Shown here: positions 1 to 10,258 of the stretch, one piece after another
Position numbering within the stretch: the first letter of the stretch is position 1
Layout of the letters: each line of letters starts with the position of its first letter
Origin: Vulcanimicrobiota bacterium
GTDB lineage: Bacteria; Vulcanimicrobiota; Xenobia; Xenobiales; JADMJV01
Assembly (NCBI GenBank): GCA_019637395.1
Contig: JAHBVR010000012.1
Coordinates: 65,842-129,841, forward strand
Direction: 5' to 3'
Length of the DNA: 64,000 nt
The notes under the pieces: model-generated
What the model was told of the DNA's origin: nothing
Seen by the model: only the letters and a program-made list of their open reading frames with translations
The model's database searches: none
Position numbers and translations under genes: made by a program

Positions 1-1460
1 ACGGACGTCCGTCGACCCAGGCGCAGCGTGAGCCCTTCAAAGAGTTGAATGGTGTTGTCCAGGCGCAAGGTCGCTTCTTGACCGGCACGGACTTCCTGAC
101 CCTGCACTACCGCCATCAAGCCGGCCTGGCGATGCTGATAACGCAACGAGGTTTCACTGACGACCAGGCGGCCGGTCAAAGGTACCAGACGTTCGTCGTC
201 GATCTTGATATCACAGTGCGGTCCGTTGCCAATCAAGTTGGTAGTTCGCCGCAGAGGCAGTTCGCGGGCACCCTGAAAAAGGCTGTAGCTGTTGATTCGC
301 GCCTGCAGAGGCAGATATTCGTAACGAACCACCGTGCGCCCCAGACGGAAACAATCCCCGGAAGCCAATTCCTGGTGATGGCCCGGAGTGACTTCCTCGC
401 CGTTCAGCGGCAAGGTCAACTCACCGTCGAGATTGGTCAAAACCATGCCGTCGTCTTTGTAGGCCAGTTCGCAGTGCACGGCCCCGCGATCGGTCAACTC
501 CACCAGGGTCTTCTGACCGATGCGGCCCAATGTAATAGGGCGCTCCATCTTGCGATGATCCACCCAAAAATGAGTGCCTTTGAGGGGTCCGGCTAGAAAA
601 CGCAGTAAGTGCTGTTCGCCGCGATTCCAGAGGCGATCTCCTTCATGAAAAAGCCCCCCCTGCAACGGGCTGACTTGCTCTCCGGCCAGCAGCCGGGTGC
701 GCAAATCGTTAGCCTGATCGCCAGGTACCAGCATGACCGCCACTCCACCGACCAGCAGCAGACTCTGGCTGCTCAGCAGATTACCGAATTCCGGTCCGGG
801 ATGACGCTGGCGCACGACCCCACCCAGAGGAGTGTCCAGCAGCACCGGACGCGTGCCGGTTTCCGCGCAGGTCACATGAATCTCGGGAGGCTTGTAGAGC
901 AACAGACAACGACTGCTTCCCGCCCCCTGGACATTCAGAGTGGGCTCGAAGGTCTGGACCGCCCCCGGTTCTTGCAGAATCAGCGTTTCCTGCTGAATCG
1001 GATGCAACCGCCCGGCGTCCGGTCCGTTCAAGATCAAGAGTTGATAGGCGGCCTGGGCGGTTTCGCTGGAGGCTACCGGGCGGGGCGGCGGAATACGCGC
1101 CGGAGCGGCTGCTTCAGCCGCCTCGGCCGCTTTGGGAGTGAGACGTAATTGCACCACCAGACTACCCATCTTGATGCGATCGCCCACGTGAATATACTGC
1201 GTGCCCTGCACCACTTTGCCGTTGATCAGGGTGTGGTTGGTGCTGGATCGGTGGGTAAGCAAAAAACGATTGCGCTTGGCGTCCCAGCTCAGAGTCGCGT
1301 GGATGCCTGAGACGGTGGGGTCGGGAAAACTGATCCGCGACGGCGACTCGTGCTTGGAATAAGGGTCTTTACGGCCGAGTTCGATTTGATCGGCCAGCAG
1401 GGGAAACAACTCCCCTTTGCCCTGGCCTTCGACCACCAGTAATTCTAGTTCTGCGCTCAT
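1..1460 (-). CDS. Multi-FHA-domain protein, 3' end truncated by the window edge (more than 486 aa visible)
   Basis: I translated the minus strand from the ATG at 1460..1458 (SD GGGA upstream) codon by codon back to position 1 and found no stop. The N-terminus reads MSAELELLVVEGQGKGELFPL...GRKD...SRISFPDPTVSGIHATLSWDAKRNRFLLTHRSSTNHTLINGKVV, a classic FHA fold. Two further FHA-like modules follow (TLGRIGQKTLVELTDRGAVHCELAYKDDGMVLTNLDGELTLPLNGEEV; LIGNGPHCDIKIDDERLVPLTGRLVV). The plus-strand ORFs at 45..596 and 609..1148 are antisense artefacts. Confidence 0.7.
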   Translation of the reverse strand, partial: MSAELELLVVEGQGKGELFPLLADQIELGRKDPYSKHESPSRISFPDPTVSGIHATLSWDAKRNRFLLTHRSSTNHTLINGKVVQGTQYIHVGDRIKMGSLVVQLRLTPKAAEAAEAAAPARIPPPRPVASSETAQAAYQLLILNGPDAGRLHPIQQETLILQEPGAVQTFEPTLNVQGAGSSRCLLLYKPPEIHVTCAETGTRPVLLDTPLGGVVRQRHPGPEFGNLLSSQSLLLVGGVAVMLVPGDQANDLRTRLLAGEQVSPLQGGLFHEGDRLWNRGEQHLLRFLAGPLKGTHFWVDHRKMERPITLGRIGQKTLVELTDRGAVHCELAYKDDGMVLTNLDGELTLPLNGEEVTPGHHQELASGDCFRLGRTVVRYEYLPLQARINSYSLFQGARELPLRRTTNLIGNGPHCDIKIDDERLVPLTGRLVVSETSLRYQHRQAGLMAVVQGQEVRAGQEATLRLDNTIQLFEGLTLRLGRRTS

Positions 1461-1488
1461 AGCTTTCCCGTGGTGTTTTCCATGGACA

Positions 1489-2796
1489 CTATGCCCACCT
1501 TTTTGAAGAACGGACCGTTCGCGCAATCCCATTCCACATTCCCGAGAGAGGCGGGGTGTATGGATGGTCCAGGTCCGAAAGGGCCTCGAAATCCAGGCCC
1601 TGGTCGATGGCCAGGGCCAAAGTCTGGAGCAGTGAGGTTACTTCGCCGCTGGCCACCGCCTGGGCTCCCAACAACCGCCGGCTGCGCGGGCAGAACTCGA
1701 GGCACAACTGCAGCCGACCCGGCTCGCTCCAATAAGCGGCCCGCAGGGGACCATCGCTCAAATAGCGGTCCCCCTCTCCCATTGCGCCCACCCAGCCCAC
1801 TTCCAGCTCGAACACTTTGACGCTGGCGCAAGGCACACAACCGGCAAAGCTGCTGGACTGGCCCATGGATGCCGCTCCGGCAGCCCGACCCAGCAGCGCC
1901 GCCGGACGCGCCAGAGGCAGGTAGACCGGACGAGTGCCCTGGCGCGGGGGAATCTCGCAACAATCGCCGGCTGCCCAAATGCGGGCTCGACTGGTCCGTC
2001 CCTGACGATCGACGCGCAATCCTCCCAGTGGACCTCGTTCCAGAGCCAGGCCTTCCAGCAGGGGATGGCGGGGGGACACCCCCGTGGCCAGCAAAGCCAG
2101 GTCGAAGTCGAGAACACTGCCGTCGCGGAGCTGAGCCCGCCGCTCTCCTTCCCAGGCCATCAACTCGTGCTGGCGCCACTCCACTCCGTGGCGCGCCAAT
2201 TCGCGCAACACCGTATCGTGCAGTGTGCCTACCAGGCCGAGAATGCGACTGCATGGGTCGAGCAAGGTCACCTGCTTACCGGCGAAGCGGGCCGCTTCGG
2301 CCAACTCCAGGCCGAGATAGCCCGCTCCCACCACCAGCACGCGGCGGCACTCGGGCTGGCGCAACCAGGCGCGCGCCCGCAGACTGCTGACCAGGTCGCG
2401 CGGCGCCAGCACGTTTTTCAGGTGGCCGCCGGGAAAATCAAAGCGCCCTCCGGGGGCCAGCAGCAGGTTCTGAAAAGGTAGATTATTGTTTTGTCCGCGG
2501 GCCAGGTCACGGTAATGGAGTCGTTGGTTGGCAAGGTCTATGGATTCCAGACGGCACTCGGTAAACAGGCGCAGGCCGCGCTCTTCCAATTCTTGGCGAG
2601 AATGAAGCAGCAGCTTCTGCGCATCGCCGATCTGGCCCCCCACCAGATAAGGCAATCCGCAGGTGCCGACCGAGAGCACAGGGGCCTGATCGAGCACCAG
2701 TACGCGCCCGGGTTGCCAGCGAGCCGCTTCCACGGCGGCGGCCAGGCCGGCCGCGCCACCACCTATCACCACCAGGGCCGGCTCTTGCAAACTCAC
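1489..2796 (-). CDS. FAD-dependent pyridine nucleotide-disulfide oxidoreductase (NADH oxidase / CoA-disulfide reductase-like)
   Basis: GTG start. N-terminal Rossmann motif VVIGGGAAGLAAAVEAAR and a second dinucleotide-binding motif VLVVGAGYLGLELAEA. Length ~435 aa is typical of the family. Confidence 0.8.
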   Translation of the reverse strand: MSLQEPALVVIGGGAAGLAAAVEAARWQPGRVLVLDQAPVLSVGTCGLPYLVGGQIGDAQKLLLHSRQELEERGLRLFTECRLESIDLANQRLHYRDLARGQNNNLPFQNLLLAPGGRFDFPGGHLKNVLAPRDLVSSLRARAWLRQPECRRVLVVGAGYLGLELAEAARFAGKQVTLLDPCSRILGLVGTLHDTVLRELARHGVEWRQHELMAWEGERRAQLRDGSVLDFDLALLATGVSPRHPLLEGLALERGPLGGLRVDRQGRTSRARIWAAGDCCEIPPRQGTRPVYLPLARPAALLGRAAGAASMGQSSSFAGCVPCASVKVFELEVGWVGAMGEGDRYLSDGPLRAAYWSEPGRLQLCLEFCPRSRRLLGAQAVASGEVTSLLQTLALAIDQGLDFEALSDLDHPYTPPLSGMWNGIARTVRSSKRWA

Positions 2797-2809
2797 CGGC
2801 GATGGTTAG

Positions 2810-3619
2810 TCAGGCTACTTTCTTGTCCTTCTTGAACAGGCCACTGAACCAGCGCACCACCCGTTGCACCAGCCCCAACTTGGCGGGAGGCGCGGCAGTG
2901 GCGGCGGCGACCGCCTTGAAAAAGTCGGGCGGCGGCCCCAGTTCTTCTTCCTCCTCAGCGACGACGGCGGCCTCTTCGGCCACCTCGGCTACGGCAGCGT
3001 AGTCTTCAGCGGCCAGGTCGAGACTGAGAGAAGGCTCCTCCTCGACCGGCATGACCGGCAAAGGAATGGAGGAGCGCTCCAAAGAGCGGAGCATCCACTC
3101 CCCGGAGCGGCGTTCCTGCTCGATGACGCCCTGAAAATCCTCGACGATCGGGTTGATCTCGCGCTGCAGCACGGGATAGGCCACCGGCCCGACCTGGAGC
3201 ACGCCTTCAATAGCGCCCAGACCGGCCTGTTGGGCGGCCCTGATGGAATCGAATCCAGCCCGGCAGGCCGCTTCCTGAGTGGCCACCACGGTAGCCTTGC
3301 CGGCCATCACGATATTTCCCCAGCGCTTGGCCACGGCCAGCACGGCCCGGTGGGAAGCGCGGCGAATGGCCCAATCGGCATCATCCTGGTCGGCGATGCT
3401 CTCGACCACTCCCCGCATCACTTTGCGGGTGACTTCAGACCAATCCGGCTTCTCATGGTCCAGATTCTTGTCGATGAGTTCTTCGACAGCGCCATCCAAC
3501 TCGGCAGGCTCGTTACTTTCAAAAGCCTGGGAGGCGCGCAACCGGGTCATGACCGAGAGCGCGTCGTTCTGCTCGGCACCGACCCGAAAAGAAGGGTCAT
3601 CGGCGGAATGTACTGACAT
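2810..3619 (-). CDS. Hypothetical protein with an acidic Ala/Glu-rich C-terminus
   Basis: ORF track extends to GTG at 3625. An internal ATG at 3619 is preceded by SD GAGGG. It lies 14 nt upstream of the oxidoreductase gene (operon-like). No recognisable domain. Confidence 0.45.
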   Translation of the reverse strand: MSVHSADDPSFRVGAEQNDALSVMTRLRASQAFESNEPAELDGAVEELIDKNLDHEKPDWSEVTRKVMRGVVESIADQDDADWAIRRASHRAVLAVAKRWGNIVMAGKATVVATQEAACRAGFDSIRAAQQAGLGAIEGVLQVGPVAYPVLQREINPIVEDFQGVIEQERRSGEWMLRSLERSSIPLPVMPVEEEPSLSLDLAAEDYAAVAEVAEEAAVVAEEEEELGPPPDFFKAVAAATAAPPAKLGLVQRVVRWFSGLFKKDKKVA

Positions 3620-3695
3620 AACCACCCTCGTCTCGAATTCGATTGAGGATTATTCAAATATGAGCCGGGCGGTCCTGCATGGATCTGAAAATTAT

Positions 3696-4115
3696 TCAAC
3701 AATCAGCAGCCGTCGTGGCTCCCAGCTTCTTCTGCAGGTGACTCAGGAGTTGTTGGAGTTTCTTGCGGCTATCCCGCTGATGCAGCACCGACAGCCCCAG
3801 CGAGTGGCCGAAGCTGGACAGGTCGACCCATTCCACTTCGACATTGAGTTCCACCGGTTCCATATCCGGCCACTGCAACTCCAATCTGAGAATGGCGCCT
3901 TCCTCCTCGAGCCGGCCGGTTTTACACACCAGCGATTCCAGGCTGACGGCCGTGACGGCCACCTTGGTGACAGCCATGGGACTGGCCGGTTCCGACATGA
4001 GAGCAGGCAAAAGCATCGGCACCTTCATCAAGGGATCGGGCACCGAAGCCTGCGGGCGCGGGCGAAACCAGTTGTTGAAGCGATAGCGAGACCAGAGCCG
4101 TCGCAAATGAGTCAT
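3696..4115 (-). CDS. PilZ domain protein (c-di-GMP binding, putative)
   Basis: Perfect SD AAGGAGGT 6 nt upstream of the ATG. RxxxR motif (RRLWSR) near the N-terminus and D-x-S-x-x-G (DLSSFG) downstream, matching the PilZ signature. Confidence 0.55.
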   Translation of the reverse strand: MTHLRRLWSRYRFNNWFRPRPQASVPDPLMKVPMLLPALMSEPASPMAVTKVAVTAVSLESLVCKTGRLEEEGAILRLELQWPDMEPVELNVEVEWVDLSSFGHSLGLSVLHQRDSRKKLQQLLSHLQKKLGATTAADC

Positions 4116-4167
4116 AGAACACCTCCTTTATTAAGATTTTTACCCAATTACCCTCAACACCGGACAC

Positions 4168-4815
4168 TTGCCGAAAGAGAATAATGTGCAAGGTTGGGCT
4201 GTTCTGCTCTTGTTGGCCGGTTTGTTGTTGCGCCTGCGCACCACCGTGGTGGTGTTGCTTTCCGCTGGCGTGGCCGGCCTGGGCTGCGGACTGGACGGGC
4301 GCAAACTGCTGGAAATCCTTGGCCAGGCGTTTCTAGAAAACCGTACCCTGACGCTCTTTTTACTCACCTTGCCGGCCGTGGCCACGGTCGAACACTACGG
4401 TCTCAAGGAATGGATCGGCCGCTGGATTCATCACCGTGGCTGGCACCGGCCCGCCCAACTGTTGCTGGGTTATCAGTTCTTTCGCGTGGTCTGCGGCACG
4501 CTCGGTTTGCGCCTGAACGGGCATCCCAATTTGGTGCGACCTCTGCTGGCGCCCATGGTCTGCGCGGAGACTCCCGAAGAGCAACACGAAACGATGAAAG
4601 CCGCCGCGGCCGCCGCCGAGAACTACGGAAACTTCTACGGTCAGAACCTGTCGCCGGTGGGTGGAGGCGTGCTCATGGCCTTCGCTACCATGAAAGGGTT
4701 AGGCTATGAAATGAGCTTGTGGCGCATGGTCGCGTTCGCCACCTTTCCCTGCGCCCTGGCGCTGCTCTTCGGCGCCCTCCAGTTTCGCCACCTGAGCCGT
4801 AGACACGATGCTTGA
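4168..4815 (+). CDS. DUF969 family membrane protein
   Basis: Multi-TM hydrophobic protein of ~210 aa, immediately followed by and overlapping a DUF979-like gene (the usual DUF969/DUF979 pairing). The start may be the in-frame GTG at 4186. Confidence 0.5.
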   Translation: MPKENNVQGWAVLLLLAGLLLRLRTTVVVLLSAGVAGLGCGLDGRKLLEILGQAFLENRTLTLFLLTLPAVATVEHYGLKEWIGRWIHHRGWHRPAQLLLGYQFFRVVCGTLGLRLNGHPNLVRPLLAPMVCAETPEEQHETMKAAAAAAENYGNFYGQNLSPVGGGVLMAFATMKGLGYEMSLWRMVAFATFPCALALLFGALQFRHLSRRHDA

Positions 4816-5713
4816 AGCCGTCTACTCGCTGGTGGGACTTATGCTGCTCTGGTTCGCTCTGCTGACCTTGGGCGACCAGGAGCATCCCAGGCGGCTGCCG
4901 ACCGGAGCTTTCTGGCTGATCCTGGGCATCCTGTTCGGAGCCGGCAGCCTGTTGCCGCACTGGCTGGCCGGTCTGCTGGTGGTCGCCCTGGTCCTCCTGG
5001 ACGGACTGGGCCTGGTCAAAGCCGGTCCCACCCCGCCCAGCCTGCCGGCGGGCTCGGCTCGTCTGACCATCCCGATCCTGCTCATGCCGGCCAGCATTCT
5101 GGCCGCCAGCCTGCTGTGTCGCTGGCGGGGTTGGGATCTTTCCCAGGGCGCTTTGCTGGGACTGGCGCTGGGTAGCCTGCTGGCTTTACTGGCCGCCTGG
5201 GGCCTGACCGGCGCACCTCTACAGGAGATCGGCCACGCCGGCCGCCGCCTCAATGACACGCTGGGCGCCCTGAGCCTGCTCCCCCAACTATTGGCCTCGC
5301 TGGGAGTGGTTTTCGCCCGGGCCGGCGTGGGAGATTGGCTGGCCGGGGGCGTTCTGCAACTGGTGTCCCCCGACCAGCGAGTGGCCCTGGTGGTGGCCAA
5401 CTGCCTGGCCATGGCCGGACTGGCCGCCTTGACCGGCAATTCCTTCGCCGCCTTTCCGGTGGTGGCTCAGGGAATCTTAAGTCCGCTTCTACTCAAACCT
5501 TTCGGCAGCGATCCCAACGCGCTGGCCATGCTCACCCTGGCGGTGGGAGCCAGTGGCACGCTGATCACCCAGATGGCCGCCAATTTCAACCTGGTGCCGG
5601 TGGCCTTGCTGGAGCTGAAAAGTTCGCTGGCGGTCATTCGTCTGCAACGGCCGGTGGCGCTGGCCCTGTTCCTGGGCCAGTTGCTCTTCATGATTTATCT
5701 GACTACTGGTTAA
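4808..5713 (+). CDS. DUF979 family membrane protein
   Basis: 301 aa, highly hydrophobic, Ala/Leu/Gly-rich multi-TM. It overlaps the upstream DUF969-like gene by 8 nt. Confidence 0.5.
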   Translation: MLEAVYSLVGLMLLWFALLTLGDQEHPRRLPTGAFWLILGILFGAGSLLPHWLAGLLVVALVLLDGLGLVKAGPTPPSLPAGSARLTIPILLMPASILAASLLCRWRGWDLSQGALLGLALGSLLALLAAWGLTGAPLQEIGHAGRRLNDTLGALSLLPQLLASLGVVFARAGVGDWLAGGVLQLVSPDQRVALVVANCLAMAGLAALTGNSFAAFPVVAQGILSPLLLKPFGSDPNALAMLTLAVGASGTLITQMAANFNLVPVALLELKSSLAVIRLQRPVALALFLGQLLFMIYLTTG

Positions 5714-6075
5714 TCGTCTCCACGAAGCGCAAATGGTCGAGTTTCAAGCTTTTGGTTTCTTTCTTGATGGTCACGAACTGACGAAAAATAGAAATGTGTT
5801 TCTCACCTTTGCTCAGGCACATCACTTCGACCTCCCGTTTCTCATTGGGTATGCGCCCCTTGAGAATGGCCCGAAATTCCTTGAGCCCGGGCTTGAAATA
5901 ACGATGGTCGGATAGTCCGCTCTCGTCATCGGTCAAAGAGACATGAATGGTCTGCGTCCATTTGGGCGGAAATTTGCCCTGTGGCAAAGGGATGACCACG
6001 ATGATGGTGCGCGTCCTGGCCAAGCCCGGCCCGGCCAAGCTCAGCAGATACAGAAGCAAAAGCAACTTTTTCATT
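5703..6075 (-). CDS. Small secreted protein (signal peptide MKKLLLLLYLLSLAGPGLA)
   Basis: The long ORF 5703..6398 carries an implausible N-terminal extension. The internal ATG at 6075 gives a 124-aa protein with a classic signal peptide. It overlaps the DUF979 3' end by 11 bp in convergent orientation. Confidence 0.5.
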
Positions 6076-6146
6076 TCCGAGCGATCTTCGCAGCGCCGGG
6101 CCCGAATCCCTGAAGGCCCCCGCCAGCGAAAAAAAGAATGCGCTGC

Positions 6147-7800
6147 GATGAGCATCAAGCCGATTCTAATTGCCGGTGCAGGCCCGGTAGGACTGACGTT
6201 GGCCTGTGAACTGGTGCGGCACGGCCTTCCCGTGCGCATTGTCGATCGCAATGCTGAACCCAGCGACAAATCCAAAGCGCTGGTGGTCTGGCCCCGCACC
6301 CTGGAGCTATTGGAGAAAGCCGGACTGGTCCAGCGCTTTTTGGAAACCGGCATGCCTCTCCGCGGCCTGAGCATGTATGAAAGCAAAGACAAGCGCATGG
6401 CCCAGGTAACCTTCAGCGACCTGGAAACGCCCTACCCCTTCGTGCTGAGCATTCCCCAAAACGCCACCGAAGCTCTGCTGATCGAGCATCTGGCTGCCCA
6501 GGGGGTCGAGGTGGAGCGCCAGTTAGAGGTGGTCGGCTTCAAGCAGCACGCTACTCACGTGGAGGTCGAATTGCACCACGCCGACGGCCGCAGCGAGACC
6601 ACCACGACTTCCTGGCTGCCGGCTTGCGACGGAGCCCGCAGTAGCGTGCGTCATATTCTGGGAGTTACTTTGGAAGGCGACACGGTGGCCCAGGAATTTG
6701 CCATGATCGATTGTGACGTGGAAGGACTACCGCTTCATGACGAGGTGGTGGCCTACAACACTCCGCACGGCCTGGCCGCCTTCTTTCCGATCCGTGAAAG
6801 GCGCATGCGTGCTTTTATTCTGCGCGATCGGTGCGGGCAGGAGGCCACTCCCTGCCCGCCCACGCTGGAGGAAATGCAAAACGAGCTGATCGCCCGCCGG
6901 CTGGATCACCTCAAGTTGTCCAATCCGGAGTGGTTGGCCGCTTTCCGCATCAACGAGCGCCACGCGAAAAGTTACCGCCACGGACGCGTGCTGCTGGCCG
7001 GCGACGCCGCCCACGTGCACAGCCCTGTCGGCGGCCAGGGCATGAACACCGGCATGCAAGATGCCTTCAACCTGGCCTGGAAACTGGCCCTCATCGAGAA
7101 AGGCAAGATCGCCGCCGAGCCATTCTTGGATTCCTACAGCCAGGAGCGCGAGCCAATCGGAGCGGCCGTGGTTCACAAAACCAGCCGGGCCCGCCAGGCC
7201 ATCACCCTGCGCAATCCACTGGCCAAGGGCCTGCGCAATGCCCTGCTGACTTTCGCTGCCTCGTTTGAGTTCGTGCGCCACAAAATCGCGGAAGAAGCTT
7301 CCGAACTGGCCGTGCGCTACCCGCACAGCCCGCTGAATCGCGAGGTGCACCCCGGCAACGCGGCCTGGCTTTTAGGCCACGGCGTGCACCCCGGAGACCG
7401 CGCACCCGATGGGCATGTGCTGAAGGATGAGAACGCGGCCCATCTTTTCGGTCTGATGGCCGACACACGTTTCCATCTGCTGATTTTATCCGGCCTGGGT
7501 CCGGGAGATCCGCCGGCCGAGGTGGTGGAGTGCGCCCGCTGGGCCAACGCCAGCCTGCACGAACTGGTGGGAGTCCACTGGATCGGCTTCGATCCACATC
7601 ACCTGCCGGCCGCCTTACCCTCGGCCTGGTGGGACGAAGGCAGTCTCATCCACAAGCGCTACGGAGCCGTTCAGCCTACCCTCTACCTGGTCCGGCCGGA
7701 CGGCTACGTGGCTTTCCGCAGTCAGCCGGCGGCCCGCGCCGACCTGGAGAAATACCTGGAGGACATCGGTCTTCTACCGGCCGTCCGCGTAGCGGACTAG
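6147..7800 (+). CDS. FAD-dependent aromatic-ring monooxygenase (PheA/TfdB/UbiH family) with a C-terminal thioredoxin-like domain
   Basis: The real start is the internal ATG at 6147 (MSIKPILIAGAGPVGLTLACELVRHGLPVRIVDR, a GxGxxG Rossmann motif). It also has the DG motif (ACDGARSSVR) and GDAAHVHSPVGGQGMNTGMQDAFNLAWKL. The upstream part of the track ORF is junk. Confidence 0.8.
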
Positions 7801-7901
7801 ATAGCTGCTGAAGAACTCGGCGAAGCCGGGTTCTTCAGTCAGCGACGATCAACAGGTTGTGCCAGGTGGCCGCTCCCAATTGCCCCATTGGCGACCGAGT
7901 G

Positions 7902-9392
7902 TCAAACCGTGTGTTCGGGGCCCGTGACGGTCTGGATACGCCCCTCCAGCCGGGGCGACACGACCTTGTGATGGTGCAGGTACTCAATCAAGGCAACGCC
8001 CTCGGCGGGAGCGTCGTGTGGCTCCACCAGCAATTTGGCCTGGGGCAGCATCTCGTAACCGCAGCCGCCTTTGCGAATAAACTCGCTGCAGGCAAAGGTA
8101 TAGTCCGCCTCGGGGCGCACCGGCTGACCGGCCACCTGCAACTGAAGCACCCGCTGCCCCGGCAGCCTGGCCGGGTCGTAGCGGATTCGCAGGCGGGAAA
8201 CCTGAGGAAAAGAGTTGCTGTCTGCTCCCAGGACGCTCAGCGAATGCTCCACAACCGCCAGAAGCTCTCGACCACTCAGGCGCACTTTTACTACTCCGTT
8301 CTCGTAGGGCAAGATCATCATGGCCTGGCGCCGCGTCAAGACTCCCGCCGGAACCACCCGATCCACACGGATACTACTGCCGGTAATCAAAGCACAGTCG
8401 GCCCCCGTCTGTTCGCGCATGGCGTCGGCCACCAGATTGCCCAGATTGGTTTCCTGCTGGCGGCACACGGAGGAGCGGCCTTCCAACTCGACCGCCACCT
8501 TGACCAGCGGTTCATCAAGTTGGCGCGCCAGCTGCTCCTCGTAGTGAGCAGCCAGCCGGGTCACCCCGGCCTCGGAGGCCACCGACCTGCCCACGGATAG
8601 CCCTTGCCAATCCATTTCCACGATCCGGCCGCCGTCCACTTGCAAGTCGACTTTGCCCAAAATGCGCGCATCACTGCCCCACTTGAAGATAGGGGTGGCG
8701 CCCACCAGCGATTCGGAGGGTTCGTGCTCGTGCCCGCCTAGAATCAAATCCACCGAAACCTCACGAGCTAACCGCTTATCATCGGCCAGACTGAGGTGAG
8801 TCAGAGCCACTACCACCTGAGCTCCCTGGGAACGCAGGCGGGGCACCAGCAGGCGGGCGGCCTCGACTGGGTCCCGAAAGACCACCTCAGAACCACAGTT
8901 GGAAGTTTCGCCGGTATCCGGGGTGAGCAGGCCGAAAATTCCGACTTTGACACCCCCCACATCGCGCATCACATATTCAGGCATCCTGGCAAACGAGCCG
9001 CCGGCTCGGTCCCGCACGTTAGCGGCCAGCCAGGGAAAATGCGATTCTCCCATGCGCTGGCGCAGCACTTCCGGACCGAAGTCGAATTCATGATTGCCCA
9101 GGGTGGCCACATCCAGGTGGATAGCGTTCCACATCTCGATCATCTGGCGGCCGCGAAAGAAGCTGGAGGCCACCGACGGACTCAGCGTATCCCCGGAAAA
9201 GAGAAAAAGGGTATTGGGGTTGGCCGCCACCGCCTGGCGACGCAGAGTTTCCAGGCGCGCGAAGCTCCCCTTGCGGCCGTCGTCCACGCTGGCATATTCA
9301 TAGACATCGTTGAGGTGCAGCAAGGTAATGTGAGTGGGAGCGGCCAGGACCGGGGAAACCAGGCCCAACCCCAGCAAAAACAAGAGCTTCAT
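7902..9392 (-). CDS. Secreted bifunctional metallophosphatase / 5'-nucleotidase family protein
   Basis: Signal peptide MKLLFLLGLGLVSPVLAA. Calcineurin-like metallophosphoesterase motifs (LHLNDVYE, GDTLSPS, GNHEFDFG, GGHEHE) followed by a 5'-nucleotidase C-terminal domain. The ATG lies 1 nt after the upstream DUF2063 stop (TGAAATG). Confidence 0.8.
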   Translation of the reverse strand: MKLLFLLGLGLVSPVLAAPTHITLLHLNDVYEYASVDDGRKGSFARLETLRRQAVAANPNTLFLFSGDTLSPSVASSFFRGRQMIEMWNAIHLDVATLGNHEFDFGPEVLRQRMGESHFPWLAANVRDRAGGSFARMPEYVMRDVGGVKVGIFGLLTPDTGETSNCGSEVVFRDPVEAARLLVPRLRSQGAQVVVALTHLSLADDKRLAREVSVDLILGGHEHEPSESLVGATPIFKWGSDARILGKVDLQVDGGRIVEMDWQGLSVGRSVASEAGVTRLAAHYEEQLARQLDEPLVKVAVELEGRSSVCRQQETNLGNLVADAMREQTGADCALITGSSIRVDRVVPAGVLTRRQAMMILPYENGVVKVRLSGRELLAVVEHSLSVLGADSNSFPQVSRLRIRYDPARLPGQRVLQLQVAGQPVRPEADYTFACSEFIRKGGCGYEMLPQAKLLVEPHDAPAEGVALIEYLHHHKVVSPRLEGRIQTVTGPEHTV

Positions 9393-9393
9393 T

Positions 9394-10230
9394 TCAGGCT
9401 CGAAAAATGCCCCAATCTCCCCACTGATGGAACCAGCGCTGCAATTCCGGCGCCCCCACCGCTGGAAATTTACGCACCACCCGCTCGACCGCCGGCGCCA
9501 GCTTTTTACCGGAGAACAAATCCCTCAACAGATGAAAGCCGGCTTCGGGCAAGACCACCCGATTCATCTGATAGCCCTGGCGCATGATCAGAATGCGCTG
9601 AGGATGCCTGACCGGCCTGCGAGGCTCCAGTTCGTTGTCGACCTGGTGTAGATAATGCGAGACGGGATAGTCAAATTTCAGCAGGCGTGAGGTGGGCCGA
9701 GGTTGCAGAACCAGTTCGTCCCAGCCCTCGGGCGCAAGCGACTGCAACGCTTCCGGATTCAAGGCCGGCACTTCCGGCTCATCGAATACCTGCGCCAGAT
9801 TCAGCTCCAGAACCGCCAACTGGTGTAAGAAAGTCCGGCCACGCAGAGAGCTGCGCGCGATGTAGGCGGGAAAGTGCAGGCCCAGATGGTTGAGAGTCCA
9901 GCTCGAGGAAGGATGTTCCTCCACATAGCTCATGACCAGCGCTTCGAAAGCTTCCGGCCCAAGGGTGTAGGCCACGCCGGGAAAATCGATCTGCAGCGAC
10001 TCGACCATGCGGAGGGGGAACATGCCGCGGTAAATCCAGAGCCGGCTTTCCGGATCGAGTCCGTAGCCTTCTTTGATAAAATCCCCGGTATTGGCCATGG
10101 CTTCCTCCAGGCGATCGGGGGGACAGGTAACCACTTGCTGGAGCCAGGCCTGCTGCTGGCGCAGACCGTGGGCCTGGACCTTTTGCCGGGAAACGCGCAC
10201 CGGAGCGGGAGAACGCTCGGGGAGCACCAT
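9394..10230 (-). CDS. DUF2063 family protein (MbnC/HvfC-like partner of DUF692)
   Basis: It sits immediately downstream of the DUF692 gene and has the DUF2063-type pattern (QQAWLQQVV...RLWIYRGMFPLRMVESLQIDFPGVAYTLGPEAFEALV...). The track ORF extends into the DUF692 coding region. The real start is either ATG 10230 or TTG 10266 (overlapping the DUF692 TGA as TTGGCTGA). Confidence 0.6.
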   Translation of the reverse strand: MVLPERSPAPVRVSRQKVQAHGLRQQQAWLQQVVTCPPDRLEEAMANTGDFIKEGYGLDPESRLWIYRGMFPLRMVESLQIDFPGVAYTLGPEAFEALVMSYVEEHPSSSWTLNHLGLHFPAYIARSSLRGRTFLHQLAVLELNLAQVFDEPEVPALNPEALQSLAPEGWDELVLQPRPTSRLLKFDYPVSHYLHQVDNELEPRRPVRHPQRILIMRQGYQMNRVVLPEAGFHLLRDLFSGKKLAPAVERVVRKFPAVGAPELQRWFHQWGDWGIFRA

Positions 10231-10258
10231 CCCTTTGGCATTCGAGACGACTTCGCGC

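Noticed and set aside
45-1148. Plus-strand ORFs 45..596 and 609..1148 (183 aa and 179 aa).
   Set aside because: They are antisense to the continuous minus-strand FHA-domain reading frame, which I verified codon by codon. Their products are Arg/Gln/Gly-rich with no features, typical of high-GC antisense artefacts.
1457-2390. ORFs 1457..2254 (-), 1470..1820 (+), 1758..2117 (-) and 1869..2390 (+) overlapping the oxidoreductase gene.
   Set aside because: They are alternative frames or antisense of a well-supported Rossmann-fold oxidoreductase, and their products are Arg/Pro/Gly-rich nonsense.
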